A stretch of 64,000 bases of DNA from Octopus sinensis (GCF_006345805.1 NC_043015.1:22506001-22570000); one strand, 5' to 3'. Shown: positions 1-13,424, counted from the stretch's first letter. Program-made: numbers and translations. The notes: generated by a model from the sequence alone, not told the origin.

Positions 1-1623
1 TTTAGTGTGTTGAAATTAGGTAGTAAAAAAATAAAATAAATGATTATGCAACTAAAGAAACGAAAAATGTAAATAATTATTGCATATTGCTGACTGCTAT
101 CACTGTTTTTCTATTGAAAGTACATTTAACATAAATGAATATTTGTTCTGTTAGCGCAAGGTGAAAATATATTGTAAAACGTATGTAATCCATTAAACAG
201 AATTATTTCACCGACCACAAAGAATCAAAAGCAATCGTTATATGAGATACTAAACAATTACAGCAAGGCTCTTCGAAATTTATTATTACTCTATTCATTC
301 TAGCAGCCACCATATTTCTGTTTCAAATAAAAGGTAAAATAATTTTTTAAAGCCTCTGTTAAAAGATATGTTTTTAACGTAGCGAAGCTGTGGCATTCAT
401 ATCTTTTGTGAAGGCTTGTATCCATGTTTTTGGGCATACAGAAAATTATTTACAGATACTTTGTCATTCATATTCTTCTATCTGTGAGAATCAGAATAGA
501 ACAAATGGGATATAGGATAGAACATCAACATGAACAAATCAACAAAGTGCTAATTGAACAATTTGAAGTAGAGAGGTAAAATGGTAATAATTCCAATTTT
601 CTAATTTTAAATTTAGAATACAAAACAATCGAACAATTCCACGATAACTACAACAACGACAACAAAATCAATTTGAATGAAAGACAATTCAAACCACAAT
701 TGGAAAGAGGAAAAAATCCACCAAACAAAAAGAACTCGCATCATAAACACATAATGTATTGTCTATTAATGCACATCATAAAACTGATTAGCTAGAAATA
801 GAATAAATAATTTATTAGAAAACAATAATAATTGTAATTAGAAGATAAGAGAAACAGGTAAAAAATAAAGTAGAAAGTGAATGAGCCCTGAAAATGGTTT
901 TTAATGATTTGAAGAATGCTTCAGTTTCTAGAATGAAGAATTGGGAAATATTTTATTACAATACAACGATACGGTAAACTAATAAAATATGGGCGACAAT
1001 TCCTTGAACAACCACGTCGAACAATTAATTTTATAGAAATATATCCTGAAGGTTAATGTTTAATGCAATAGCAAAAATCTCCAATTATAATTAATTTTAA
1101 TGTTCTTTAGAGTGACCATGTCGACAGTGTATTAATTTAATAATTTGTTACAAAATCTCTACCCTCAATAATTCAGTTGATTTTGTGGTTGTTTTCACTT
1201 ATGAATTTTCTTTCTTTGTTTTGCAGTTCGCATGTTCTGTCTACGGAAAATGTTTTTCAATATATATTTACGTATATTAAATCATTACAATATAAATGAC
1301 AAAGGTCCGTATGCGTGTGTCTGCGAGTGTGTGTGATTATGCGTGTGTGTGTATATATGCTTGCGTGTGTAGAGATATGTGTATATAGGTATGAACATTT
1401 GAATGCACACACACACACACAACCCCACCCACATGTAGATATATATATATGCATTCAAACGTACAAACGAATGTACATATACATCTACACACGCAGGTAT
1501 ACAGACAGAAACACACGTGTATGTGTGTGTGTAGTGTGTATTCCAAGAGGTAAAAGTTCTAAAAGAAAGTTTGTCCAGATACATTAGAATCCAGCTCTGA
1601 AAGAAATGTCTAAGAGTGAATAG

Positions 1624-1625
<2 letters not shown>

Positions 1626-1709
<84 letters not shown>

Positions 1710-1729
1710 CATATATATATATATATATA

Positions 1730-1786
<57 letters not shown>
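1626..1786. repeat. (TA)n microsatellite (representative of dozens of TA/CA/GA arrays in the window)
   Basis: Directly visible. Such arrays produce the many YIYI/VCVC/THTH pseudo-ORFs in the track. Confidence 0.98.
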
Positions 1787-1789
<3 letters not shown>

Positions 1790-3225
1790 TTGTGGCCAAA
1801 ATGTTCAGAACGGCATTGTTTTCGCTAGAAAAGTAAGTATAAGTTTTTATCAAAGTTGTTTTGTTCTATAATTTTAACACACAATAAATACGATATTACT
1901 TGTTATTGTCAGAGATTTTGGATGATTTACTGCAAAACCCATAGCGGCCAAAATGATCAGAACGGTTGAAAAGATAACAAAATAATCAAAAATGAAATTA
2001 TTTAATATTTAGTGAGAAGCCCTTTAGCTTCAATCACACTTTGACATCTTCGACTGCATGAAGAAATTAAATTTTCAATTTCTTGCTAGGTGATCTTATT
2101 CCATTCTTCCTGAAGGGCATTCCATAATTGCTCGGTTGTTTTAGGATTTCTGGCTTTCAAACGTTCTCCTAGAATATTCCACACATTTTCAATATGGCTG
2201 GTCGCTTAGTTGAATTTCTCAGCACAGGCAAGACGTGATCTTTTACAAGTTGTTTATAAACTCCTGCATTTACCTTTCCATGTAATCGCACCAAAGGGCC
2301 CACACCATCTCCAGATATCATTCCCCAAACCATGACATTTCCTTCACCGAATTTAACCCTAGTCTTAAGGCATTTAGGCGACAATTTTTCACCTACTTTT
2401 CAACGAACGTACATTTTCCCATCTGAGCCAGATAACATAAACTTAGATTCATCACTGAAATTCACCGTTTGCCATTTTTCTTGAGACCACAATACATGTT
2501 CGGTTGCAAAGGTAAGATGACACTTTTTTTTATTTTTGGAGCTGATCAGTGGCTTCACTGCAGGTGATCTTGCTTGTAGGTTATGTTCAACTAAAGGATG
2601 AGACACAGTTTTTCGAGATAAAGTTTTCTTCAGTACTATGCTCATTTCCCGAGAAACAGCAGCAGCAGTTTTAAATCTGTCCTGTTTAACCAACTTTACC
2701 ATAGCACGATCTTCTCTCTTGGTAGTTTTTCTTGGCCTACCTGTAGACTTTCTTGCTTCACATGAACCACAATCATCGAAGACCTTAAGAATACCGTGAA
2801 CAACACTTTTTGACTTGTTAACAATCTTTGCAATAGACCCAATACTTAAATTATCCTTCTTTCGAAGCTTAATAATCTGCTGACGAATTGGTAACAAAGT
2901 ACCCTGCAGATATTCTTACTAATGTTTAGTAAACGAACTATCACGTAAACAAATTCAAAACATTAGAGTTCGCCATTTAAATATACTAAAACACGGAGTA
3001 AAAGCCACCGTTCTGATCATTTTGGCCGCCATTGGTTTTGCAGTAAATCACTAAATCATCCATAACTTTTGTATTATCCTCTCAAATTACACCAAACTAT
3101 CAGACAATAACACGCAATATCGTATTTATTGTCTGTGAAAATTATAGAATATAAAACAACTTTGATAAAGACTTATATCTACTTTTCTGACGAAAACAAT
3201 GCCGTTCTGAACATTTTGGCCGCAA

Positions 3226-3227
<2 letters not shown>
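1787..3227 (-). mobile_element. Tc1-family DNA transposon, IR/DR type (long TIRs with internal direct repeats), defective
   Basis: Left end TA|CAGTTGTGGCCAAAATGTTCAGAACGG and right end CCGTTCTGAACATTTTGGCCGCAACT. The ~200-bp imperfect TIRs each carry two copies of GGCCAAAATG(T/A)TCAGAACGG. Transposase is on the - strand. Confidence 0.9.
2050..2897 (-). pseudogene. Tc1-like transposase, frameshifted and internally deleted
   Basis: Paired-like HTH with GRPRKTT, FSDESKF (first D) and VMVWGMISGDGVGPL. Frameshift near 2400. The QDNAP...SPDLNPIE segment is deleted (reads RPAIF|ENVWNILGE). Confidence 0.88.
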
Positions 3228-3310
<83 letters not shown>

Positions 3311-3325
3311 CATATATATACATTC

Positions 3326-3507
3326 GGAGAACCCCTTCGGTCACGAATGACCATGGGATTGCACCTAGAAAGTTACCCTCCGAGGCACAAGCCAGCTGTC
3401 GCCGATGCATCACAGCCTGCCCTCTCCACGCCACCGATGTTATCCAAGGGAAAGCCAAAGGCCGATATAGCTTGGCACCCGTGACGTCGCAACACATTTC
3501 TACAGGT
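3326..3507 (-). mobile_element. SINE 3' fragment (same family as 54850-55190)
   Basis: Aligns to 54850-55060 (CCTTCGGTCAYGAATGACCATGGGA...GATGTTATCCAAG...GGCACC...CATTTCTA). Confidence 0.8.
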
Positions 3508-3547
3508 GAATGAATATAAATGTGTGTGTATATTTACGTATATATAT

Positions 3548-3747
3548 GGATAAGATCGTTAATTTAAAATAAAATAACGAACTCATCAAGTGGTCAACCT
3601 TCAAAGGTAATAATTAATAAAATTATAAATTAGGATATCTAATTATAATAATTTATAATTTCAATAATTATTACCTTTGAAGGTAATTTTTCCCATGCTG
3701 ACCACTTGATGAGTTCGTTATTTTATTTTAAATTAACGATCTTATCC
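3548..3747. repeat. ~200-bp foldback palindrome
   Basis: Perfect 49-bp outer arms (3548-3596/3699-3747) and perfect 20-bp inner arms (3597-3616/3665-3684). Confidence 0.92.
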
Positions 3748-4146
3748 TTATTTATATAAATTTAAATTTATTTCGTCACCGTATTTACTGCGGTGATATA
3801 TAACCATATAGTACATGAAATTAGCGGGCATTTTGAACTAGCCTTGATGCATACGTGCATACATATGTATACGTTCGTATATGTAAGTATTCGTATGTTG
3901 TATTTATATATATATGTATTTATATTTCTTTCTGAGTATATTCTACTGACGAGGCAATGCAATTCTAAATGCAAAGTCAGAAATATGGGATCTAGAATTA
4001 TCCAGTAATTTTTTACTAGTTTCATCTTGTCTCTTTGTATTTTCTTCATGTCGCTTTATGGAAACAATTAAGGTGGTTTTAGAGTCGGTTCATGGCTGCT
4101 ATTTTCAGCATGGTGGTATCTCGTAGATGCCCTAATTTATAATTTT

Positions 4147-4196
<50 letters not shown>

Positions 4197-7100
4197 CGTT
4201 TATATATGTACGTGAATGTGTCTGCGTGTATGCATTCATGAATAAATAAATAAGTCAAAACCGTAATAAAACTTTGAATGTTTTAAAAGTTGGTTTAAGT
4301 TGAATGGAAGCAGACAAAGACGTAATAGATCAAGTAACTTGAAACAGATGCAAACAGATATAAAAGAGGGACAGGCTTCTTAAAAAATAAGATATAACGT
4401 TTCATAAATGATACTTTCATGTGTTATAGTAATTAATAATGAAGATGCGCCAGAATGCATACATCCGACTCTTTTGTGCTGGGTTTTATCGCTTCTTCGA
4501 ATGGCGCACAGACAGGGCGCAATTATGCACGTAAAAGAGAAGATTATCTTGACTAGGGAATATGAAACATTGAGATGATCTCTATTTAATTTCAACTTCT
4601 GTAACCAAAGTAATACAGATACAAAATTTAAAATTATATGTTTTAGCTTATAATAAAAAAATAAGAAATTCTATAATAATATCTAATTATATATAAGTTC
4701 TCTCTCTTTGTGTGATGGAAACGCGATGGTGCAATGTTATTGGCTCGGACATGCCTAATTGTTTCATTGACATACTAGATCCTGTACCCGCAAAAATAGG
4801 TGAGTAGTCCTATGTGCCTTGAGTTTAAGAAGTATAACACCGACATTGCAATACTATGAGACCAAATATTTTAAGGGCTGAGTAGTTCATGTTTTCTAAT
4901 GCATACATAATTTATTCAAGACGTTGGAGTGTGATATGAAATGCATCTAGTCCGTATATCATGGAGGTGAACTCATGACGTAGATCCCAGCAAGCAAACA
5001 CAATAGATGTGGAGGGAAAGAAGTAAAGAGAAAGAAAAGAAAAGGAGTGAAACGAAGGGTTGAGATATCATCGCACTTTTGGAATGATCCATCCTTGTGG
5101 TTTCCTCTGCAGTTATCATCAAAATATATTGCGATGTCGCTAGAAATTACTTAGCTGAAAGTAGAGATGGAATGACAAAAATTACAAGCAAAAAACAAAC
5201 TATAGAAAGCTAAAAGAAAAAAAGGAAAATCAATGTTTGCAGTAAGTAGAAAATATAAATTAAACGCAGCAAAAATTGATATAAAATCTTTGTAATAGCT
5301 AGTGATATTACAGCGTTATTGTATAAGTTATAAACCATGCTTACATCCGGATATTCATTGAAAAGGTTACCGGAAGCAAGCAATGACATGAGACTGATTA
5401 CAATAGATGATAACGGAAGAGAAACGAAATACGGATCAGATATCAATTTAATATCTGCTATTATGTAAACAAGATAAAGTGCACACTTTGTTGAAGGGGT
5501 AAGAAAATACGCACACATTATACAAATACATAAGCACGCACGGACACATGTATTAAATATATACATACGCAAGCGAAAGAAATATATATAATTCCTAACA
5601 CATAATAGAAATGTGAATGTTTTTACTTTTCAAAAACATTGTCGAAACATGCGAATGTAAAAATATAACTATTGATGAAACACAATGAAAATATAGAAAA
5701 TTATTTGACAATGTCAGCGAGCTTCTGTTTATGTTAAATATTGGTGTGGTGGAGAATATATTGGTGACATATAAGGGATCAAATCCATCAAAGTTTGAGG
5801 TTTTATTTGATGCTCCTGGTTTTTAGAAAGAAAAATACCAGTGACTTTGCGAATGCTTGTTTATTCTGCAGGCCATAGTGTCTGTTTGAGTTACCATGTA
5901 TGAAATGTATATTACACATCAATTACTTAAATATTAATCTTGGCAATGCTAAATTTCTATATTGAAGAATGTGGCATGCGATTTATATGTTGAGCTTCAA
6001 TTCAGCATATATTGATATTGATATATACAGCAAAAATGTTTGTAGAAATCATATATGTGTGCAAACATTAATAAATACATGTGCGTATATATATGTAAAA
6101 GTACACTGCCTTGTAAATTTGGATATGAACGAATACATATGTGTGGTGCTCCAGTATGACACAGTTCAATGACTGAAAGTATTAAAATGATAAAAGGATT
6201 TGTGCGGGGGAGAAGTTACCTACTAACTTATTTCTCCAATCTTTTTATAAAAACATATACGATATAGACGGCCATGAATTAACTTTATATGGGCGCTGGT
6301 TCGGGTATAGAAAGGAGAAGCAGATAATTTAGATCCTTGAGGGAAACAGCTGAAAAAATATCAAAGGGGTCACTTTAGCACATTATTATATTTAAAAGCT
6401 TAATTTCATTCATCGTTATCTTTTGCCTTTTCTTCATCAGAATCTGAACTTGAAGATAGAATTGAACAATTTTTCTCTTTTGTTTCTTCTAAAATTAAAA
6501 AAAAAATTATTTTCTTTGCATTGTGTTTGTCACTATATCTATCGGTTTTGTGTTTTGTGCAACTTGCTGAAAATAACACAATAATCTGATTTTTATTCTC
6601 ACACTGTGCGAAATGATAGTATGATCTAATGGAGGAATTATTTGGAAGAACAACCTGAAGAAGCGCATCATACCTTTTGAAAGCTGATTGTGATGACACA
6701 GTACGTTAATTAATGATATCTCACCAATGTACTATGAATATAAATTGTGCAAAAAAATTAAAGTGATTTTAATGAAAAGAACGTTGTTCGATTTATTATT
6801 TATATATTTATATACAATTTAAGGATACTAAAAGATTCTTGATGTAGCAACGGCATTCCCACATTATGATGATATCCCGTAGCCAATAGTTACGGAAGAA
6901 CTTTGCCTAAAGTATATAGACAATGCACACATGCTCGTGTATATACATATGTGTATGCGCATGAATGTAGACGCATATATATATATATACAAGGTAGATT
7001 CATTAACTTGTTATATATAATTCAGCAATACGGAATATGCACGTCTAAAAGGGGCAACCCATGTAAAATACTCATCTGAAGATAATTAGTACATATATTG

Positions 7101-7237
7101 CTTACCATCATTTTGAAACAATTTTCAAGGCAGAACATTCTAAGTAGAATTCAGCAAAACAACATCCCCATCGTGACGGATTAAAGGCAGTTTTCTATAG
7201 GCTAACGTGCACACACACCGCAAACCATGTGAATGTA

Positions 7238-7325
<88 letters not shown>

Positions 7326-7699
7326 AATAAAGATATAACACAATTTTGTACAAAATATGATTTTGTTCTTCAACATAATTAAAATAAGGACCGGCTTCTC
7401 ATTGCTCATCGAGATAAGGGTTAAAAAATAGATTTATTGCCGGAGGAAGCCATATTACTAGGGGAGGTAATTGTTCACTCATTTATTTTACACTAGAGGG
7501 GAGATAAATTTATAATATTTATTTTGGGTCTGTATTTTATGCTTGCTTATAATATATTACAATAGAAGGGTTGTGTCTTATATTTAATATGGACTCATAT
7601 ATAATTATGTTAATATATTTCAATAAATAAGGCTGCTTTATACAGATCTGCTTGTATTCAGTCTTACATGTACTTGTATTCAGTCTGACAAAGAATATA

Positions 7700-8540
7700 C
7701 ATCGTCTGATCAATATGTCTCCGGACTGTTGCCATTGTAACGAAGCTAAACCAGGCAGAGTGAGCTGCTTGGCACAGGTAAACTCTGTCCTGCATGCGCA
7801 CTAAATTTTGATGTCCTGTCTTACTTCCGCTGTTTAAAGCAATACTTTGAAGGAAGGTGTGTAGCGTGTGCTCGACGCATTAACATGACAGAGGAAGTTG
7901 ATCAGAGAATCTGCATCAAATATTGTCAAAAGCTTGGCGATACCTGTTCAGAGGCTTACGCAAAGTTTTAAAAAAGTTTTCATCAGTCTTGACAGATTCA
8001 AGAAGATATTGAGCAACTGAAACTCTATTGTCCATTTGGTCAGCTGAATGAAGTTTTAACACGAACTTTGCAGACACCCGTCTCATATCCAAAAAGGTCA
8101 GTGATAATGGACTGAACCGTAACTAATCTGCACATACCCTACTATCTCACAGATGGCGATTCGACGATCTCCCCTCACAGCTGCACGCACATCTGCGATG
8201 TTTTTTCTCAGTCCTGCTGGATGCGGTTCTCCGAGAATGTTTGTCTCAGAACGGCCGTCTTGGAAACGTCTGAACCATTCGTACACTTATGTACGGCTCT
8301 TACACTCATCTCTATACACTTTCTGCGTGGGCCTCTCAGCAGTTATCGCCATGGCAACTTATTCCTTCATGGTCAATACGATGATCATACGCTACACACC
8401 TTCCTTCCAAGTACTGCTGTAAATGACAGAAGTGAGCTAGAACGTTAAATTTTACGGCGCATTCACAGCAATATTTGTCGAGCGGCTTTACTCTGCGTGC
8501 TTTAGAGTCGTTACTATGGCAACAGTCCAGATATTTATAC
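7700..8540. mobile_element. Mariner-derived element made of two convergent 5' ends
   Basis: Both ends carry ...GGACTGTTGCCAT(T/A)GTAAC in inverted orientation. The + side encodes the transposase N-terminus (MTEEVDQRICIKYCQKLG). The - side encodes VYEWFRRFQDGR...VRGDRRI...MRRVSAKFV. Confidence 0.7.
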
Positions 8541-9243
8541 ATATGTGATTATATATATATGTATGAATATATATATATGTTTTTGTGTGTATGTGTGAGC
8601 GCGTGTGTGTGTATGTGAGTATGTACATGTGGGGGAGTGCGTATGTATATAAAATATAACATTCATGTGTATATATACATACATGTCTCTCACTCTCTCT
8701 CTGTATGTTAATATATATATATATATATATATCAACAGATAGAAAAATGATACACATGTGTGGGTGGGGGTGGGTGTGTGTGTATTTGTGTGTGCGTGTT
8801 TATACTTGAAGAAAATGATATCAGAAGCTATTTTTTTTTAAATGAAGGATGTAGTATATATAGAAACAACAAATTGAAAATGCTATACATATCTACACTT
8901 AACCCTAAACACCCACACACATTTGTGCAAAAAATATGCCAAAAATTACAAGAAAAAAGTCACAAACATATTTAAATATCAACGAGGCTTCACAAAAGGA
9001 TGCATTTCAATCATGAATTTTAACAACGCGTTGAATAGGAGGATTATACTTTTGAAAAATTTTATTCGAATCTATTTCGCACTTTTTACCATATATTGAT
9101 AAACTAACACACTTTAGCAATTGTATTTTCGTCATATCTTCAAGAAAATAAGATGTTTTTCAAATGAACTAATCTCATGTAATATAGTCATATAAATGTG
9201 GAAAGCTACTGTTCGCTATACGTTTCTCAGAAGAATTCCCGGT

Positions 9244-9324
<81 letters not shown>

Positions 9325-9494
9325 TATATATATACATATATATATATATATATGCATACAACCGTATCTGTTTTCTTTTGTATACATTCATGAATGTATG
9401 AGTGTGCGTGTGTCTGTATATATATATATGTATGTGTGTGTTTACCTATCTTTCTATATATATATATGTATATATTTATTTATTTTTTATTTTA

Positions 9495-10047
9495 TCTAGT
9501 TTCAGCTCGCGAGCTGTGGCCATGCTGGGGCACCGCCATTTGGTGTTGCTACATAATTTTACCTCACGAATGCTTTTTAGCAATTGCCATTTGGTGCATT
9601 AGCGAGTTCGATGCAGCTGCCCTCATCTGCACCTCCTGTCGTGAAGATGGTTCATCTGGGACACCTGACAGGAAGAGATCCAGTTTTATTTTAAAGACAT
9701 CTGCGTCCACCCCATGCAGGTCTCTCAGGTTCTTCGGGAGGATATTGAAGAGCTGTGGGCCTTGGAAGCCCAGGCTATCACAGTATCTTGTCCTACATCT
9801 TGATGGCAAATTTGGAGTCCTTGGCACTATGCAGTGGCGCCCAGTTCTAGCATTTGTGTAACTCCCGATGCTAAATTTGGGACAAGTCCTTCTAGGATCT
9901 TCCAGATGTATATTATGGCATATCTTTCTCGCATACGCTCTAAGGAATAGAGTCTTAATCTCTTGAGTTTTTCCCAGTAGCTTATATGCTGCACAGAGGC
10001 TATCTTCTTCGTGTAGCTTTGTTGGATCGCCTCAAGTTCTGTGATTA
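9495..10047 (-). mobile_element. CR1-like LINE 3' fragment (ORF2 C-terminus and 3' tail)
   Basis: ELEAIQ...YWEKLKRLRLYSLERMRERYAIIYIWKILEGLVPN...QLFNILPKNLR...FKIKLDLFLSGVPDEP is a typical CR1-clade post-RT C-terminus. Confidence 0.85.
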
Positions 10048-10867
10048 CACATAGTAGGCATACGTATATACGTGTATATAGATTTATATACATACATACA
10101 TGCATATATACATGTGTGTGTATGCGTGCGTCGATGTTTGTGTAGAAGTATGTTTGACTTACTCACTTTTTAAAATAAATATGCAGAAGAGTTAGAAATT
10201 TTCAAAACACTTTTTGACGCAGGAAGTAAAGTTGAAAGAGACTCTGAAATGTGCTACAGTAAACCTTTTGGATCTCCGTGTAAATAGTAAATGTTCCCTG
10301 TCATGTTACGACATTGCTAATCATTTTCGTTCCATATCTGATTACTAAATGAAAAAACCTGGGAAAAATTTTAATATTCTGATCGAAAAATGGATGAAAA
10401 TTTTGTGACGGTTGGATATTTGAAAATCATATTATTGTGTATCATTCCGTATGCTTTACAAACTTATATATTATGACAAATGGTATCGATATTTATAGAA
10501 AATATTAGAGGAAAAAAGGAATATGAGGATTTGATAGTCACGATACCTCTATTTATGAAGAATGTCTAAATATATCTTTTATATTAAAAAATTGCAAATT
10601 TAGTTATTTAGAGATTTAAACCATTTTCGACATTGTTTAAAATTATAATTGTATTAATATTTATTACCTGTATATTCTCTCTATATTAAAAATATTATTA
10701 CAGTATTGTTGGATATTACAGTTCTAATAATATTCAAACAAGTATACTTGAAATTGATAGGAGTTGAACTAAGAAATGCTGTACTGAGGGAAATAATTTA
10801 CTTAACAGAAATATGAGTTACCTAAATATTATACGTGTGAACAAGATTAATTACATATGGAGTATCT

Positions 10868-11070
10868 CAGTTGATGGAATGATGGAGCAGCCCGCTCGTG
10901 AAATTACAGACATGCCACAGACATAGCACCCCAAAGACACGCGTACACTTAACGTAGACCGCAGGGAAATTCTGTGAGACACAGAATGTGATGCATCTAA
11001 CCATTTGAATTACAGGTACAACTCATTTTCGTCAGCTGAGTGGACTGGAGCAAAATGAAATAAAGTGTCT
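10868..11070 (-). mobile_element. SINE fragment (related to 59760-60095; shares the CAGCTGAGT..ACTG.AGCAA..TGAAATAAAGTG domain with 54850-55190)
   Basis: Shared central domain; reverse-complement similarity to the 59760 copy. Confidence 0.6.
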
Positions 11071-11180
11071 GGAAATAAATTCACCACCTTATCATTGTGA
11101 GCTGAATACCCCAATGATATAGACAAGTGCCTTCATTATGTCTGCACGTATGTATGTATGTATACACACACACACACATG

Positions 11181-11224
<44 letters not shown>

Positions 11225-11249
11225 AAAGATACCAAAAATACGCATCAAA

Positions 11250-12270
11250 CTGTCGAGAAATGAAAGGCCAACTAAAATGAAAATTAACTGCTCCCACCGC
11301 ATCCTGTTAGTAGCAATAATAGTGATATAACTAACACTGTAGCAGCGTCGGAAAATGAACTCAGAGCTGCCTTCTATAAAATTAAATCTAATAAATGCTC
11401 ATGCAGAGAAAAAGGAAAATGCCCAGTGATGAACCTCGGTATGAGTACTAATTTTGTATATAAATGCACTGTACATAAAAGGGGAGGAGCGTATGTTTAC
11501 TTAGGGGTAACGTCAGATTCATTTAAGACACTTTATCGCAACCATGTCACCAGCTTCAAGAACATCAACAAGAGGCATTCGACATCTTTATCTGATTTTA
11601 GGTAGCGACTAAAGGATGATAAAATGAAATATGATATAAGTTGGTCCATAATAAGGCACGCACAACCATATCATATCTTTTCCAGGAGATGCAGACTCTG
11701 CTCCGAGGAATACCTGTCTATTTTGTGGCCCAATGAGAAGATCATTAATTGGATTTCTTGAAGACTCTCAAGATGTTTACATGCTTATAAACGCATTTTC
11801 GCACAATGCAGTGAGAATGAATTTGAGTAACCATTAACGAAGCTAATAATAATTATTTACCTTCAGGTATGAATAAATTAAATTTAACTCTAAACCCCAC
11901 ATCTTATAAACAATGAGTAATTTAATTTGCTGTGTAAATGCATGTGCGCCAAACCACATATGTGCGTAGCCTATATCTGCGTGTTAGCTTCAAAGAGCGA
12001 GAATGCTTGCGCCCCACAAACTCAGCGAGGGTTTTTAATCCCCCATACTTCAAAACAGTTACATATGCTTTTTTTCACTTTATTGTGCATTTATTTCTTT
12101 TTGCTTCTCATTTTTATTGATCTTCTATAATAACGAAGCTGCATCCCTTAATTTGCTGCATTTGTATATACATACCGAGAAGAAAACTTGTAGAACATCC
12201 GTTATTTATGCAGGAAACATCTTGTTATAACTTGAAGAGACACATCTACAGTGACGGAAAGTACTAAACC
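11250..12270 (+). mobile_element. Penelope-like element remnant (GIY-YIG endonuclease and 3' pLTR)
   Basis: Translated by hand: KCSCREKGKCP...FVYKCTV...YVYLGVTSDSFKTLYRNHVTSFKNINKRHSTSLS..*.LKD...DISWSIIRHAQPY...RCRLCSEE (11390-11830). This is the Cys-rich GIY-YIG pattern of PLEs. A degenerate HHR-like motif follows at 12232-12266. Confidence 0.78.
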
Positions 12271-13157
12271 AGTTGTTCAGTATCCCACTCGTGAGAAGTC
12301 GCGCTGTTAGATACCTCACAACAATTGCATTGATCAATAAACATTCTCGTATATTCAATCTTTTGTCTCTCTCCTTTATTTATATATATATATATATATG
12401 ATTGCATATATAAGTGTGCATCTGGATATGTGTGGCTGTGAGTGCATATGTGTGAGTTTATGAGTGTGTGTAAGTGTGTGTGTACAGGTATGCTAGCTTG
12501 TATGTATTCAGAAACAGGGAGAGTGAGATTGCTTGAAAAGCTTCGAACAATAAGTAGTTATTTAAAATTGAGATAAAATTAACTTTCCCTTGAAAATTCC
12601 TACAAAATCGACAGTGTGAAGAACTATTTCAAGTAAAACAAATGAATATTTAATAATTTTGAATTATTCTGTATTCCATAGCAATTGTTCGCTTATGATA
12701 GCAACCATATATAATTTTAAGCGTTTCCTCGTATGTTATGGCGAAAATTTCCAGTCCCTTGTTACATAATACATAAGCATGTATAACTTTTCTGAAGTCA
12801 TGCAGTCACGCAAAGGCACACATACGAATATATATTAAATAAACAATCATATTTGCACCAGCATTAAATAATTCGATAAAAAGTATTCACCTGAATTTAT
12901 TTGTTTTATTTCCATATTATTACAAATAAATATATTATACACAACATTGTTAGTAACATGGATTTACATTGCTTATATCAATTGGGCAGATAATTCTGGT
13001 ATATATAATAAGGAGATGCATATTTTATAAATGCATTATAATAAAGATACATGAATTTCGACACGATGCATTCAAAATTTACAAGCAACAGAATGTATAA
13101 ATATTTTCTCAAATGTTAACAAGACCATTAGACATTCTGCATAAATGTATGTCTATG

Positions 13158-13207
<50 letters not shown>

Positions 13208-13424
13208 TATGTGTGTGTGTGTGTGTGTGTATTTATATATATAATATATATATATATATATGTATGTATATATATATATATATACAGATAGAGAGAGAGA
13301 GAGAAACAGATATATATAAACACACAAATGCATATATTTAAATGCACATATATATGTATATATACATATATATACATATATATATTTATGCGTGTATATG
13401 TATATTTATGAAAGTATCTCTCTC

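Noticed and set aside
5200-5500. Possible piggyBac-like Cys-rich C-terminus on the + strand
   Set aside because: Multiple stops and too weak a resemblance to support.
6415-6445. CUGAUGA-A-GAAA on the - strand
   Set aside because: No stem I, II or III pairing; it is the DSDEEK codons of the 6406-6699 ORF.
7070-7125. CUGAAGA...GAAACAAUUUUC motif
   Set aside because: Stem III is one substitution from palindromic, but stems I and II do not pair.
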